Source: Candidatus Eiseniibacteriota bacterium (GTDB lineage Bacteria; Joyebacterota; Joyebacteria; Joyebacterales; Joyebacteraceae). From it: a stretch of DNA of 63,465 bases. The position numbers and the translations under genes were made by a program. The stretch lies in NCBI GenBank assembly GCA_030600655.1, contig JAUVLP010000002.1:1-63465 (forward strand). The letters run 5' to 3'. This document shows, piece by piece, positions 62,484-63,465 of this stretch. Below the pieces are notes generated by a model. The model did not search any database and was not told the origin of the DNA. It worked only from the letters and a program-made list of their open reading frames with translations. Every line of letters begins with the position of its first letter. Position 1 is the first letter of the stretch.

Positions 62484-63443
62484 TTACCGCTTCCGGAGCA
62501 GGTCCGTGCGCAACCGCACGACACAACGTTTGTACAAGCCGCGGAGACGTGAGAGCTCGTAGGGGTCGAGCTTCTCCCTGTCGGCGGCAATGAGTGATGC
62601 GACAGCATCGAGGTCACTCTGCGTCAGAGAACCTCTGAGACCGCGCCGGAACTGGTTATACTCCAACGAGAAGCCACCCGTCGACTCGAGCACGATTCTG
62701 AATGAGCGGCGGTGGATATCGCACGGGCCTAATCTGGTCAGCGCCGCGATGTGCTCCGGCGTTCCGTAGCCCTTGTGCCGGGCGAACCCGTATCCGGGGT
62801 ATGTCTCCGCCATCTCGACCATAAGACGGTCACGAGTGACCTTGGCCACAATGGAAGCAGCCGCGATCGGAGCGGACAGTTCATCTCCACGCTCGATGCT
62901 CGTCTGTGGTATCTCGACATCGGAGATATCGTGCGATCCATCAACGAGGATGTGATCTGGCCTCAGTCCCAACGCCCTTACGGCATCCCGCATCGCATGC
63001 AGGGCGGCGTGCAGAATGTTGATGTCGTCAATCGTTTCGCGGGACGCGCTCCCGATGCCTACCGCGAGCGCAGTGTCCAGGATGGCATCGTGCAGCTCCT
63101 CGCGGCGCCCGGGAGTCAGCTTTTTCGAGTCGTTGAGTCCGTCGAGCGCTATCTCACGGGGCAGTACAACGGCCGCAGCCATAACCGGCCCGGCGAGAGG
63201 GCCTCGTCCGACCTCATCCACGCCGGCCACGACCAGCACACCATCATCCCAGAGCCCCGTCTCGTGCCGGCGCATTCTCCGTATCCGCCTTCGTTCCTGC
63301 GCCTCGCGGGCACGGCGTCTGGACAAGCTCTCCACAATCTGTCGGACGCCCTTGCGAGGATCAGTTTCCAACGCAAACCAAAGAGAATCGCCGGGCTCGG
63401 GACGAGCTCCGGCGACTACCTCGCGTATTCTGCTAATGCTCAT
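62484..63443 (-). CDS. rnhB: Ribonuclease HII with N- and C-terminal extensions
   Basis: GVDEVGRGPLAGPV and LNDSKKL catalytic motifs. The N-terminal ~70 aa includes ETDPRKGVRQIVESL, as in long-form RnhB. An extra ~65 aa follows the HRRSF end of the core. Confidence 0.9.
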   Translation of the reverse strand: MSISRIREVVAGARPEPGDSLWFALETDPRKGVRQIVESLSRRRAREAQERRRIRRMRRHETGLWDDGVLVVAGVDEVGRGPLAGPVMAAAVVLPREIALDGLNDSKKLTPGRREELHDAILDTALAVGIGSASRETIDDINILHAALHAMRDAVRALGLRPDHILVDGSHDISDVEIPQTSIERGDELSAPIAAASIVAKVTRDRLMVEMAETYPGYGFARHKGYGTPEHIAALTRLGPCDIHRRSFRIVLESTGGFSLEYNQFRRGLRGSLTQSDLDAVASLIAADREKLDPYELSRLRGLYKRCVVRLRTDLLRKR

Positions 63444-63465
63444 GCCCGACAGATCCGGCGGCGAC

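Overview
GC-rich chromosomal window from a diderm bacterium. There is no rRNA here. The DUF3078-like outer-membrane protein, the RND/TolC pump and the T9SS/FlgD-type C-terminal sorting domains suggest an FCB-superphylum-like, probably uncultured lineage; this is inference only.

Core: a complete division/cell-wall (dcw) cluster on the minus strand from 32.84 kb down to 14.71 kb, in the order mraZ-[STAS ORF]-rsmH-ftsL-ftsI-murE-murF-mraY-murD-ftsW-murG-murC-murB-ftsQ-ftsA-ftsZ. It has no ddl, and MurE carries DNPR, so it is meso-DAP type. The cluster is headed by a sigma70-type promoter with three 10-bp-phased TGGG repeats (MraZ operator). Downstream of ftsZ it continues into a TPR protein translationally coupled to a B12-domain radical SAM enzyme.

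Left flank: DUF3078-like OM protein, LysM/M23 peptidase, HD hydrolase, recG, rpmB, an RsbV/RsbW-like partner-switching pair, and a 1361-aa PAS/GAF hybrid histidine kinase.

Right flank:
- a 1578-aa gingipain-like (C25) protease fused to an FG-GAP propeller
- divergent tRNA-Ala(GGC) and tRNA-Leu(CAA)
- a small lipoprotein, a Yip1 membrane protein and a protease-less double-PDZ protein
- a minus-strand run suhB-tolC-mfp-RND-rsgA-glmU-like
- a double M16 peptidase and a PAP2 + GT-C glycosyltransferase pair
- a papain-like (C1) secreted protease and an unassignable secreted protein
- comM-yraN-rnhB

No transposase, integrase, CRISPR array or recognisable defence gene is present.

The most unusual items I can support are:
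- a Ser-less STAS gene wedged between mraZ and rsmH
- the TPR/radical-SAM tail of the dcw operon
- an orphan partner-switching pair next to the giant kinase
- a likely ATA-initiated recG
- several short tandem duplications in intergenic spacers

I see no clear-cut new multi-gene system. Everything beyond the sequence observations is hypothesis. Many long ORFs in the track are antisense or alternate-frame shadows typical of GC-rich DNA.
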